Position numbers and translations under genes: made by a program. DNA of 63,727 bases, filler included, from Phoronis australis (taxonomy: Eukaryota > Animalia > Phoronida), in the NCBI GenBank assembly GCA_002633005.1. It is 10 parts of 10 records of this genome, joined end to end, with 100 filler letters (N's around TTAATTAATTAA, not from the genome) between each part and the next. Parts side by side here need not be neighbours in the genome. Positions count along the whole stretch, not along the records: positions 11,773 to 32,985 come from NMRA01001414.1; 9 more parts are not named here. One strand, given 5' to 3'. Shown here in pieces: positions 13,361-24,890 of the stretch (positions are counted from its first letter, which is position 1; each line of letters begins with the position of its first letter). The notes below the pieces were generated by a model, which was given only the letters and a program-made list of their open reading frames with translations, was not told the origin of the DNA and searched no databases.

Positions 13361-15117
13361 GTAAGAAAAACAACATTTCATTTTTACGAATACAAATAAT
13401 GTAGTCAGAGTGTATCAAAACATTTTAAAGTTATCCTCACCACTTCTTCGGCGGGTTCACATCCGCAAATTTCAAATTGAAAGAAAAGGCTTATGTAGCA
13501 GTTGATTCAATCAAGAAGGAGCCGAAGAGATCCACCCGGATCACAGAATCAACATGGATTTCAAGTGTTAGCTAAAGTTATTTTACTATTCCACTTTTTC
13601 CCTGGTGTAAAAATAAATTTATTTATCTAAACGAAATGTCAGAATAAATTAGTTGCATTGTCAAAGTAGGTCTCCATATGTAACTTTCGAATATCTCAAT
13701 CACAAAATTTTGTCTTCGAGAGGAGTAACCGAGAAACCAAGTTACATGACACTACTGGCGCCATCTATTGCTGAAATTATATAGTTTTGTGCATAGTCAG
13801 GGAGGCTAACGGACTAGTTATCATATTAAGCAAAATATATAAAACTGAACTTGAGTTGTGACCATATACCAATACGTTATTAAATGGGTCACGTGACCTT
13901 GTCAATGTATAAAAATTTGCAAGAGGAAAGATACATCAGTAACAAAACAACAGTCTCAATAAAATTATCTTGATGGATATTTGTGAAATTTTGCAGACAT
14001 GTTCGCTTCATAGAGTTGAATGCTTTGCCAAGTTTTTGTGCGGATCCGATTAGGCGGCTGTGTGTCCCTTAACGGCGATTTTATTTTTTAGGATTTCCCT
14101 GTACGTCTTGATTTCCGAATGAACTTTTCATAACATATGATGATTAGGTACAAGTATCTCTTAATAAGACGACACTGCTTTAATTTTTGGTTGAAACATT
14201 CGACATACATAATGGACGTCTTCATTTTTCATTTAGTCTGTGTTAGACTGCAGCCCGCCTTTCTAGCGGCCAATCTAATTTAAAATGATTACAAAGATAT
14301 TTGTGTTCGTTATGGGGCGCAGGCGATTGACTGTCTTTTGGATTACTCTCCACTACACTCTGGCACACCTTAGTGGTATTTTGTTTTCTGGTTTCCCTCC
14401 TTACCTTCAGCCTATTTAGACGGAAGTTCATGAAATTTACCATACACGGTTCTTTAAAGAGGCTATGACGTCATCTCATTAGGGAATAGGGTCGAGGTAT
14501 TTTAATACGCCTAGTGACCATTTTCCTTAATTTTGAGTCTGTTTACTGGAGTGAGTAGCTGCATCGCCTATATTGTAATCATTATTATGGAAACTGGCAT
14601 ATGCATTAATAATTAGAACAGCACAGCTAACTGTGACTTTTGGAAATATCCGAATCGCACCTACTAGAGGTATATGTAATTGTTTTTTTTTCGGCTGTGA
14701 CTATATCAGATCCTAAACATTTTGCGAGATAGTTGTTGGGTCTGTCTAATGTATTTATATGATCGTGACAACGGATGACGAGGATTTTCAGAATGAGTCG
14801 ATCATCGTATTTAAAGAATCCTTGAGATATTAACATGAAACAGGGCGAATAATTTTCTATTGAAGAGACATTATCACCTTGTTAGATGGATTGAACTGAT
14901 GGTACGCCACCCCATGGTCATTCGTATTACCATTATACTGTTTTGGCATCTTCTGATCTATTGGAATAACCACTGTCAACATAACCGGTAAATTTGCCAT
15001 ACGTATTTCGTGCATGGACCGTGGATGATTTTAGTACTTTTGTAAAAATTATATCTTTATTACAATGCCGTTCAACATCTGATCCTTGGAATATAATCAC
15101 TGAATTTAGCAACAATG

Positions 15118-15351
15118 CATGAGCGCATACGGGGGGGGGGGTTCGAACAAGCCCCCATTTGTCAAAGTGGGCAAAATGGTCTGCCTCAGAGAAACAAAAA
15201 GTCCGAGGAAATGAGACAATAATCCAAAGAAATTCGTCACGGATGCACAATTCGCAGGTCTGAGCCTAGTGCCCCGTTTTTTAGTCCTCTTCTCCTTTTT
15301 ACAGTAAAAGGTCCGCATGGCCCTCATTATTTTAGCCAGGGTGCGTGCATG
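15118..15351. mobile_element. Second copy of the CATG-ended MITE, opposite orientation, in the DED-gene intron
   Basis: Ends are CATGAGCGCATAC...GGGTGCGTGCATG. The interior resembles the reverse complement of 3803-4031 (CTCAGAGAAACAAAAAGTCCGAG). Flanks CAATG/CAATA give a 4/5 TSD. Confidence 0.8.
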
Positions 15352-16205
15352 CAATATCCACTTAAGAGGGTACAAGTGATGGGGAATTTGGGTTAAAGTT
15401 CTTTGATGTATGTTCCTGAAACTATGTAAAATAAGTTACTATCACGTACACTACAACACGGAGCCTGCTTAGGTTGGATTTCACCTGTGTTGGCCCATAG
15501 TTGGGTTGCTGTGTTTTTATGTCATACATTTTGTCTCCTGTCTCCTAGTCCTTATTTTTAAGAAGATCAATCAGAATGGCAGATATGCAACTGTTGAAGA
15601 GGACATTCCTGACTTGCTTTGTTCCCCTTGGATGCGTTAGTTAAGTTTAATAGTGTCGATCTATGGTGTTGAAAATATGACTCTCTCTGGTATGCACGGA
15701 ATAAAATGCACACGGTGGATGTGCAGATCAACGCCCCACGGTGCATTTGTCTATCCAGTGCTGCCGGGAAATCCGTTAACACGTCACGAAATCTGGTCTT
15801 GTATTCAAAGTTCTCATGTTGAGATCTAAACGTTCTGGTACTTTAAGTAAGATTTGAAAAATTGAATTTTCTGATCTCCTTTTGTGTGAACTCCGGTCAA
15901 GTAAATATAAATTATTATATGCCTGAGTTCAGTTCGATTTGTAAAAAAATGGTATTACATTCCTACCTTTGCATCTGATTGACCCTGGAATCGAGCTAAA
16001 AGCTCGAATGAAAACTTGGGACTTCACGTCGAAACTCAAACTAAGGTCATTAAGTGCAAACTCAACTGAGACATTATGTATCATTCTGCTTCGTGTCATC
16101 AAAAGTGTTTAGGTGTTGTGATGTGCAATCTTTACTCAGAGTTATTTGAGCAGGCGTGATTTTAGATTGAAGTGTTCGTGAAATTCAATGCTCTTTTGTT
16201 TTCAG

Positions 16206-16370
16206 AGATGCAATAGTGCACGACATAACAAACACTATGGAACTTCTCAAACAGCTTGAGAGACAAGCAGTCATTGCGGTTGGGGATTATAGCAAGTTAA
16301 TCGATATGCTGGGCCAGCTCAATCTGAACGCAATTAAGGGACGAGTGGAAGAACTGGCACGTGATATACA
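16206..16370 (+). CDS. DED protein, exon with the C-terminal part of the DED (DAIVHDITNTMELLKQLERQAVIAVGDYSKLIDMLGQLNLNAIKGRVEELARDI)
   Basis: gttttcag acceptor and GTAAGT donor. The phase-2 join with 13360 keeps the frame. ELL..LE....I...DY..L..ML is the DED pattern. Confidence 0.8.
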
Positions 16371-16384
16371 GTAAGTGCTCTAGG

Positions 16385-16705
16385 TATGAGAGATTATGTT
16401 GACCTTCTTCCCGTGAACACTCGCTGCCACTTGTATAGATGTAACTGTCACTTGGAATAAGTGAACTTGGTATGATAGATAATGTTGACCTACTTCCTAT
16501 GAACACTCAGCTGCCACTTGTATAGATGTAACTGCCCCTTGGAATAAGTGCACTTAGTATGATAGATAATGTTGACCTACTTCCTGTGAACACTCAGCTG
16601 CCACGTGTACAGATGTAACTGTCACTTGGAATAAGTGCACTTGGTATGAGAGATAATGTTGACCTACTTCCTGTGAACACTCAGCTGCCACGTGTACAGA
16701 TGTAC
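16385..16705. repeat. Intronic tandem repeat, about 87-bp unit, about 3.7 copies
   Basis: Unit starts (TATGA[G/T]AGAT) at 16385, 16471, 16558 and 16645. Confidence 0.9.
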
Positions 16706-17366
16706 TAGCTTTATGTGAAGAGCTCTGTTATTATGGTTTTGAAAAAGAAGTAATGGCGGTTGTTAAAGATGCTGTTTCTCATCAAAACCGTTAATGTTTT
16801 TGTTAATTTGAGATATCGTCACCTTATGACTTCACAGGAGAACTGCGTTTACAAGTAAACAGGAAGAGAAACAATTTGTAAATGAAAGGCGATGAGTTTA
16901 AAGAAAACTCCACAACTGATGCATTTGCGAACATGAGTGAACATCTATAAAAAACTGTAGTAATTCCAATTAATACACAGTAGTTATCTGATAGTGAATT
17001 AAACAAATACTAAAAACAGTGCCTTGTTTCATTAGGGTGCTCATGAAATATTACCATTCACCTGACAAGACTTTCTCTTAATAAAAATGGTCACCGGTTC
17101 TTGGATGGTTTCCGATACACCGAAAGAGCCATGGTTGTTTGTGAATTAGAAAATCATTAGCATATTTACAATTTATTGAGACTACTCATATTTACGCTTT
17201 CTTTGAAATGCATATAAACAAAATTTGTGTAGGTATAAGTATGTATGCGTGGCTGCGTCTAGTATATTCTACAGCTGAGATATACCGGTTATAATTGCTA
17301 AGTTTGTGTTAGGCAACAGTTGAGTTAATAAATCCATTTTGCTAAACGTGTTGTTCAACTTTTCAG

Positions 17367-17412
17367 GTGTATAAACCTCCCAACCACTGGCATCAGTCCC
17401 AGCTTGACCTAA
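17367..17412 (+). CDS. Probable terminal coding exon of the DED gene (QCINLPTTGISPSLT*)
   Basis: cttttcag acceptor. The phase-2 join gives TAA at 17410-17412. Confidence 0.5.
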
Positions 17413-19324
17413 CGTTCTCTGTGTTGCTCTGATCAGGGGACAACGACCATACAGTGGACGATCAACGTCACACGTGACATCACGCAGCCCCTTGAAGTCC
17501 CGATCGAATGCAGAACGTACAAGTCAGTGACATTGAACTCCACATGGATCTGCGCCAAAAAACCTGTTCGTATCTAGCTGAAATGTTTTGAAGCTGACCA
17601 TGATGCAGCTCCTTCAACCTTCGACTGATGCTTACAGCGCGGTGATAATCAATTAGTACCGTTTTTCATTCAGTTGCACATGTACTTTAGTTGAAGCGCA
17701 TAGTAGGATCTCGATTTACTGTTTCAAATGTACACTTCTCAAATCTACTTTGCCATCGTTTAAAAGGCTCCAATGAGTTGAATCCTTCCACAGTATTCAT
17801 TGAGTTGAACTCCTCCACAATATTCACGAAAGGCTCCAGAGAGTTGAACCTTTCCACAAAGGCACCGTTTATGATCAAATCCGTGAAAGGCTTAAAGGAT
17901 TTGATTCCTTCCACAATGACTAAGTTCATTAATATCACAATTTGTTGATCATCTCTGGTCTATAACATTTCGCAATATGAATGAACTGCAGTTATATATC
18001 TGAAAGGGATAAACATTTGCCCCATCGTTATTCATAAAAAAAATTAAATGGCTTAAATGTTGTAACAAAATATGGGTAAATAGTGTAGACCAGCCCATGG
18101 ACTACCCTATCACCAGCTGCGTCCTCTGTTGTAAGACGTGTAACAAATAGTAGTTGAATGTAAACTTTAAAACAATAACGATCAGGATTTTCTGCTCGCA
18201 ATAATTCAAGCAGAGACCACGGAGAGTTGCATTTGAGGGTATTGCAGAATATTTTGTCCTCATTCCTGTTAAAACCATCTAATCTAGTCCGCCAACGTGC
18301 ACTCTACTTAGTGGAAGCAGAGCTTGGGAAATATGGTGAACATATATTATATTTTACTTCTTAAATATTTTTGTTTTACCGCCTGTTAACTGTTAGCCCT
18401 TTTTCGTTTTTGCTCCGCTGTGCAGGGTTGCTGTATCAATCCGCGCACGCATATTTCCACAATCATTTGATGATCAATAATTGTAATGTTTGACCCACTT
18501 AGTACCTCTTACAGTCTTATTTTTAACATATTTGTTGAACAGCATTCCAACTATTGTAAATGTATTAATAATGATAATGATTTATCATTATTTGTTAATC
18601 TGTACTTTTACTCAGTCGTAATAAATGATTTATTTTGCCTACTTCCAGTCTCAGGTTCATTGATAAAATGGATACAACATAAACTACCGGCTTTAACAAC
18701 TTCACGTCAGGCAGGTGTCCCTGGGTATACAGTACCCATAACAGACCCAACACTCAGTCCGAAGGGTATCGATTATGTGGTGGGTTGCATCTATGTAAAA
18801 TGTAGGAATGTTAGGTGACTTGTTAACAGTACGGCTAAACGCAGCGAAGCTGACAAACTGCCACATTGATCAAACCTACAGGCTGTAAGCTGTCGGCGGG
18901 CGGTAAACATTACCTTTTTAATACTAGTTCCAGATTTGTCATTAGCATAACAAAACAGCATCTGTTTGTTTTCAAACGTTTAAAGTTCAGTCACAATTAT
19001 TTGTTTTCTTGTAACAAGTTCAGCATGACCTCAGGTCTCTAATCACGTACTTTATTCATGCTATTATCTTCTTCAGCAGATATGGAAGGCATTAATTGTT
19101 GTTTATCTACCAAAACAAGACTAAAAAGTTGTGAAGGGAAACCTGATGACATTTATTTATGACGTTTTACCCATAATCATCTACACCAACAATGACAATA
19201 GGCAACTGACACACCACAGGTTGTCATTGTTGGTGTAGTTCATTGCCACTCCCTGTAACTGACTCTATCTGTGCTTCATTACTTGTTGCTGGGCCTAGCT
19301 AGGTGGCCACTGTATTATGACTTC

Positions 19325-19470
19325 TGAGTGTAACTGACACTCGACATGTAACCAGGCCCTTAACGTAAAATCTGGAACAAAACTGTTAATTGTAAGTATT
19401 CACGTCTCAGTTTTCAATTGCTGAATACTAATGTATATCGTCTGCAACTCCGGCGCCGATTCCTAGGAAA
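19325..19470. repeat. Dispersed repeat; inverted copy at about 25997-26125
   Basis: CCAGGCCCTTAACGTAAAATCTGGAACAAAACTGTTAATT matches the reverse complement of AATTAACAGTTTTGTTCCAGAATTTACGTTTAGGGCCTGG. Confidence 0.8.
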
Positions 19471-20438
19471 GTACAATATCAAATATTGTTGCAGATGTTA
19501 CAAGTTCACTGCAAAGTTGGCGTTGTTTTCATCTCTGTTACTTCTTTTCAAGAAATAAATCGTTACTTTTAAATCCCTTTCTATTAAAAGAGAAAACTTG
19601 CAACCTACCGCGCAAGTACATACATATAGGATCTGCCATGTGAACCGTCTGGGTGAAGTATTTAAAAAATCTGCCAAAACATGTAAGAAACTTAGGAATT
19701 CGAAGCGTATGGGATAATTCGGTGTGGGTCGATAAGCGGAATAATGTCTAGCGGGATATTACTTCAAGTACTCCAGTCTCGGCACGTTTTGTGAATTTAT
19801 ATGTAAAGTATTTATTTATATGATCTCAGAAAACATGGAATTCTAAATCTCTACGTCACTCAGCAATAATTTTACAGTGTTGAATCAACGTACTCTTGTC
19901 AGAAATGACATTATTGCTCAACAGGAGATGTTTGAAACAGCATGCCCTGCATGAATTATGATTAGTGTTTACATGAACACAATGACACTTTCAAAACAAG
20001 TACCGTACTCGTCTGGGTTACCGCCCATGTTCGGCTTACCGGTCACCCCCATTTTTTCAAAATCGAGACATTCTTAAAAGTCTCTGTGCTTCTGTGAACG
20101 TTCGTCGCTCAAAACTAAGATTGCAAAACGTGCGCAACCCGCATACCTTTCAGTGACAATTAGTTTTACCAGAACCGGGATCTTGCCTTACGATGGCGAT
20201 AAAATGCCCGACGGGCGTATTCTCATGCACTTTACTGAAGGTGACACAATCATTTTTTTGACTCAAGCGTGGAACTCGTGTCAACATTTACTGATCACTG
20301 AGACAGCCCTTGTAGAATGTATTTCATTACCGGGGAAGAACCAGCAAAGCGATACTTGCTAGGAATTGCACGTCTGTGGCCTACCTATCTATGATATGAG
20401 TGCCGTGACAGTACACGAAACATCACCACCCTGAGAAA

Positions 20439-20440
<2 letters not shown>

Positions 20441-20474
<34 letters not shown>
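20441..20474. repeat. (AT)n microsatellite
   Basis: Direct. Confidence 0.95.
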
Positions 20475-20477
<3 letters not shown>

Positions 20478-21316
20478 AAAAAACACGAGCACACCGACAA
20501 AATTTTGGACGCATTGTTTTGAATACAAGCAGACACGAGTCATTGTGACAAACCAACTTGTCTCTCGCCTGTCTTGTTCCCTGCCTTGGTTAAAGGCATG
20601 TTTTAAATGACTCACTTCTGACACCAAAATGAAATATTAGCATTTGTGTAGTGTACGTAACCCTATATTTAAATGTGTGTCTATTTTCACAGAATGACTG
20701 GTATGCATATATATTCTGTAGTTTTTATTAGTTATTATTGTACTGATAATTACTAAATTAATTGATACCTTTTGAATTTGGTACGATAGAGGTGGGCTGT
20801 GACCAAAAGTTGTAGTGCACGTACGCTTTTATACAATTGCCATGCATAAGGCCATAAACTTTTATTCGGTGGTTCATGCGTAAAACTACATGTAGGTTTG
20901 ATTACAAACCTGGAATGATGGTACTTTAAAATAACCCAGTCTTTAAAGTTATATGGCATCATTCATTTTTCACCAAACGTGGCCACAGAATATAGACCTT
21001 GATTGTGATTTGCCCTACCACACTCCTTCTCAGGTTTATACTGCAAAGGTTCTCCACAAAGATCCAAGCATCTGTAGATTTACAGAAGACAGTAGAGAGT
21101 GCAAAGCAGTAATATTGTTGTCACTATTTAAGACACATGAAGGCTTTCAAATATAACAGTGGATTTAGAAATGGTCGTTATTATAGTAATTTACAATGTA
21201 TTATAATCATAAGTGTAAAACATGTTCTCAACGTGTTTAAAGTGAATACCTGGATATTTTCAATGTTTGGTTTAAGTTAATATGGCACACATGTTTAAGT
21301 TTGTTACTTTTAAGTG

Positions 21317-21407
21317 GGCATTTGAAACAGTCTAATTGAATACGTCACGTTATTTTAAGAATGGCATTTGAAACAGTCAAATTGAATACGTCACGTTATT
21401 TTAAGAA
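21317..21407. repeat. 46-bp tandem duplication
   Basis: GGCATTTGAAACAGTC[T/A]AATTGAATACGTCACGTTATTTTAAGAA occurs twice. Confidence 0.9.
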
Positions 21408-21899
21408 GACTCATCCCACCCTGATTGTTATGTAAATGATTATTCATCGTAAAAACAGTCGTTTTTTAGTGGTTTAATTTAACAGAAGACGGGTTTGATT
21501 GCTGACGATAGCCATATGTAGCGGCGTTAACAGATAGGGTTTCGTTGGGTACCCGGAGTCTTCGAGTAACCGTGCATCTTGCATTTCGCCTCAAGTAACC
21601 TGAAACCTTTGATTTTTTCGACCATGTTTGCAAATCTGAAAATTGCGTGTTACAAAACCTGTCGACTTTCTAAAAACAAAGAATTACGCATTTTTGCCAG
21701 CGCAAGTTATAAATTAATTATATGGTGCACTGGCTATAAAATAATCATTTAGCCTACATATATTTATATTACAAAATGTGAAACTTTGAAATCCTTCATT
21801 CAAGTAGCAACTTTCACACTTAGACACTGGAAGTACACGGCCATTCGGTGTTTTCAATTAAGTTATATTCCATTTATACTTCACGTCAGAAAATCAAGT

Positions 21900-24059
21900 G
21901 TCTCTTTACGGCCGACTTGTCTGAACATTTGGTGGTATTTGTTGATAATTGTTTATAACCATAAGGACACGCTATACAAATCACATGGTATATCATGAAA
22001 CTTGTAACTCACAGTAGCATACGTTTCTCAATGCTGAAGATTCAGAGGACACACCTTGAAGTTTGTCAACGAAAAAAACTCGAACTGAACCAATTGAATA
22101 CTGATGTGACAGCACGTGAGATATCATGGAGTTGTAAAAGCAGGGATCCAAACACTGCAACAGAGAATGATAGCGCGAGAGGTCACTCAAACCACTTCAT
22201 TTTATAGTAGACTGAGCAAAGACGGCACATAGATTCTCAATAACTTTTACCTTCGAGGCATTTAACGAGCACCCTAGATATGGCACGTGGCTTATTTTGA
22301 GTTAAAAAAATACAAACTCGTTCTTCTCGGTAGCGTCCGCTGCTTTTATCTCTTGGAAACAGACTTGTAGGTTTCAAGACTCGGACAATACTGTATTTGA
22401 CAAGACAAATCACGAGATGAAAATTGGTAAAAATATAGATGGATTAGGAGAGATTCTTTTTAATGTAAATTAATAAATCTAAGCCTTTCTACTGATTCAC
22501 TGGGCGGGATATTTAAATCTAAAACGAGGCTAACTGCGATAAACAAAGGCGAAGTTGACATTGCATGAGTTGGTCAATAATTAACCACACAGAAGTAGAA
22601 TAATACATTTCAAAACAATGTCCAAAGAGCTGTGCGACGAAGGGCTTTAGTTTCTGCTGTAGACAGAGTTCAAAACATGACAAGCACGTATCACTAAAGA
22701 AGGCATCCCTTCAAGTGATCTCTACTGAAAAAGAAAATCAATTCAGTTGAAAGCGTTGATACAAGCTTAAAAATCCTACATAAACACTCCTTTCTTTGCT
22801 TGAAATGAAACTGGCCTTCGCTTTTCACATTTTTGCCAAAAGTAGATATGAAGAGATACTAGGAGACTTGCATATTTTGTTTACTTGGGTTCCACGACAA
22901 ACGGGTAGTGCAAAAATCCACCATATTTCATCCAACTCTGTATCTTTTAGGAACTCATCTCTGGTTACATTTATATAACGATTTGTGCATTATTTAGATG
23001 GGGTGTGTTGCTAATAAAACCAGATGAACAATTTGTTTTAGTCCAGATTCCAAAAATTGACCTTATTTTCATATTCAAATAACCTTCACAACCCTTGGTA
23101 AGGACAATCCCATGTGGGCAAAGACAGCAATCTCGGTCACATGCCGGTGGACACTCCGTTGCGGGTGGTGTGAACTTTGAACTTAAGGTTGAAAAATAAC
23201 GTCCCGTAAAGTATGAAAATGCAGTTGAATTCCCTTCCAAGATATGGAATCAGGATATTGAGTCATTCTGGAATTGTTAATGTGAGTTTGTTTGATAAAT
23301 CAAATTTTCTCGCGTATTAAAAAAATATACTTTGATAACCAGCACGTATTAATCTCCGACACGCGAAAGTGACGTCACAAGCCAATATTTCATAAGCGGT
23401 TTTAGATACATTCGCATAACGCTTTCGCACCCTTCGGGAGCATGCGGCATTTGAATGCATTTCAGTCCAGTATTTAGGGGGTTGGGCTATAAACATGTGG
23501 ACGAAAAAAATAAAAAAACAAAGTCATTTACTTGTATTTATTTGGCTCCAAAGTTGAAAATTGACATTTTAATGCTTAAGGAGGAATTTCAAAATTCTTC
23601 TTCCCGAATTTGAAGTTGACGATCTTTTCATGTAAAACTCTAAATGCGCCCCCAACAGCTGGTGAATCCAAATGTCGCAAAGACTTGAAAAATGCCTACT
23701 TGTCCGTGCCGCGGTTTCACGTTACTTTGATTTCTGAAACCTGGGCTTCAATTAAATTTCAAACGTCATACTTCAGTGGGCATAGAGTTCTGAAGCACGT
23801 CGTGTACATTAAGAACCTTAATTTCAAAGGGTGATCCCCGTGTGGGGATCATCGGATTTTTCGTTGGCTCCAAAGTACTTTTCTCTACGGCCCTTGTGTT
23901 TTCATAGTCGCATTTACAAATTCCCACATTATGAAGTACGCTTGTGTGCTGAAAAGCATCCGTTGCTGTTTTGTCGAATCTTTTTCGTTTATTGAAAAAA
24001 CATTCATCGATTTCTCCAGGAACGCCGTTTAGCGACAGTGTACTATTTGCCTCTGACAT
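21900..24059 (-). pseudogene. Decayed coding region, possibly Mab-21/cGAS-like receptor nucleotidyltransferase
   Basis: ATG at 24059 lies directly below a promoter-like cluster. Fragmented - strand frames give, in order, YLLLAK, N*FSFSVE, LEGMPSLVIRACHVLNSVY, LKCIILLLC and PSIFLP, loosely matching the Mab-21 C-lobe order. Many stops and frameshifts; the family call is weak. Confidence 0.3.
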
Positions 24060-24071
24060 CTTGTTTGTTTA

Positions 24072-24275
24072 TTGGGCGTCACGTGACTTTTCGAAAAGGG
24101 GCGGAGCTCGCAATAGGTCAATTGTGAGTGTGCTATCGTCGTCACGGAAATTGTTCCACGACCGGCTGTCAATCGCCATAGATTATTGAAAACAGATTCG
24201 CAACTCCCACACTTTCTTTACTACTATCCTAGAGTCGGCGGAACTCTCCTAAGCGATCTGGTTCATTTTCCGGTT
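24072..24275. promoter_or_regulatory. Promoter-like cluster: GTCACGTGAC E-box, GGGGCGGAGC GC box, TTCCGG ETS-like site
   Basis: Motifs read directly in a locally CpG-rich patch just upstream of the - strand ATG at 24059. Confidence 0.45.
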
Positions 24276-24599
24276 ACTGTGACGGAAAATTCTTGCATCT
24301 ATTTTACTTTCCAGTACGACGAAAACTAAATAATAATTTTGGCATTAAAAAACTACTCAAAATCTTAAAATAGTAGAAATGTTGGTATCAGGAGTACTTT
24401 CAGCAATGCTACATGTGCTACCACCCGACCACACAACAACTGATTAAGATCAGCAGACGACGTACTTGCAGAAATACTACCAGATAAATGGGCCAGTAGT
24501 CGCTAGTGAATAATGACGTCGGCCGTCCATATACTATAGTCTATGAATAAATCTAGGGACAAAGCTGGTTAACGTAAATGAGCTTATATTCATATTTTT

Positions 24600-24890
24600 A
24601 TTTGATTTATATTGTGTACTCGATTACAATACACTCCATATAACGTTGAAACGCTTTTTAGTTGACTGTTTTTTTTTTCAAACTGTATATACTGGTGATA
24701 TTATAGTTTTGTTAGTTCCTCGCATTCTGCCATTCTTTGAAGAGAAGACGACACAATTACACTCTGCCAGGAGCGACGTTTCTAAGGTTGGTAGGTCTTT
24801 GATTTGATTTGGTTGCGTGGTTTTCTTCTGTTTTGGGCTTTCAAATTAAACGACTGTAGTAATTGCAAAAAAACAGGGAAAAACCATCCA
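24600..24890. repeat. Dispersed repeat; diverged inverted copy at about 55235-55560
   Basis: GTTGGTAGGTCTTTGATTTGATTTGGT is the reverse complement of ACCAAATCAAATCAAAGACCTACCAAC, and the similarity extends on both sides. Confidence 0.8.

Noticed and set aside
17687-17948. ORFs with repeated FNSLEPF-like motifs
   Set aside because: Explained by a degenerate short repeat (GAGTTGAA..CTTCCACA) downstream of the DED stop; no splice or domain support.
23095-23135. CPHGIV resembling the KDZ/Zisupton transposase CxHG motif
   Set aside because: No downstream ES..D or YD..C motifs recognised.
23960-24025. GEIDECFFNKRKR resembling the Merlin/IS1595 VEIDE..F.KRK transposase motif
   Set aside because: It lies only about 15 aa after the ATG, with no following WV.G, SD.W or HTQ.IE motifs and no TIRs seen.
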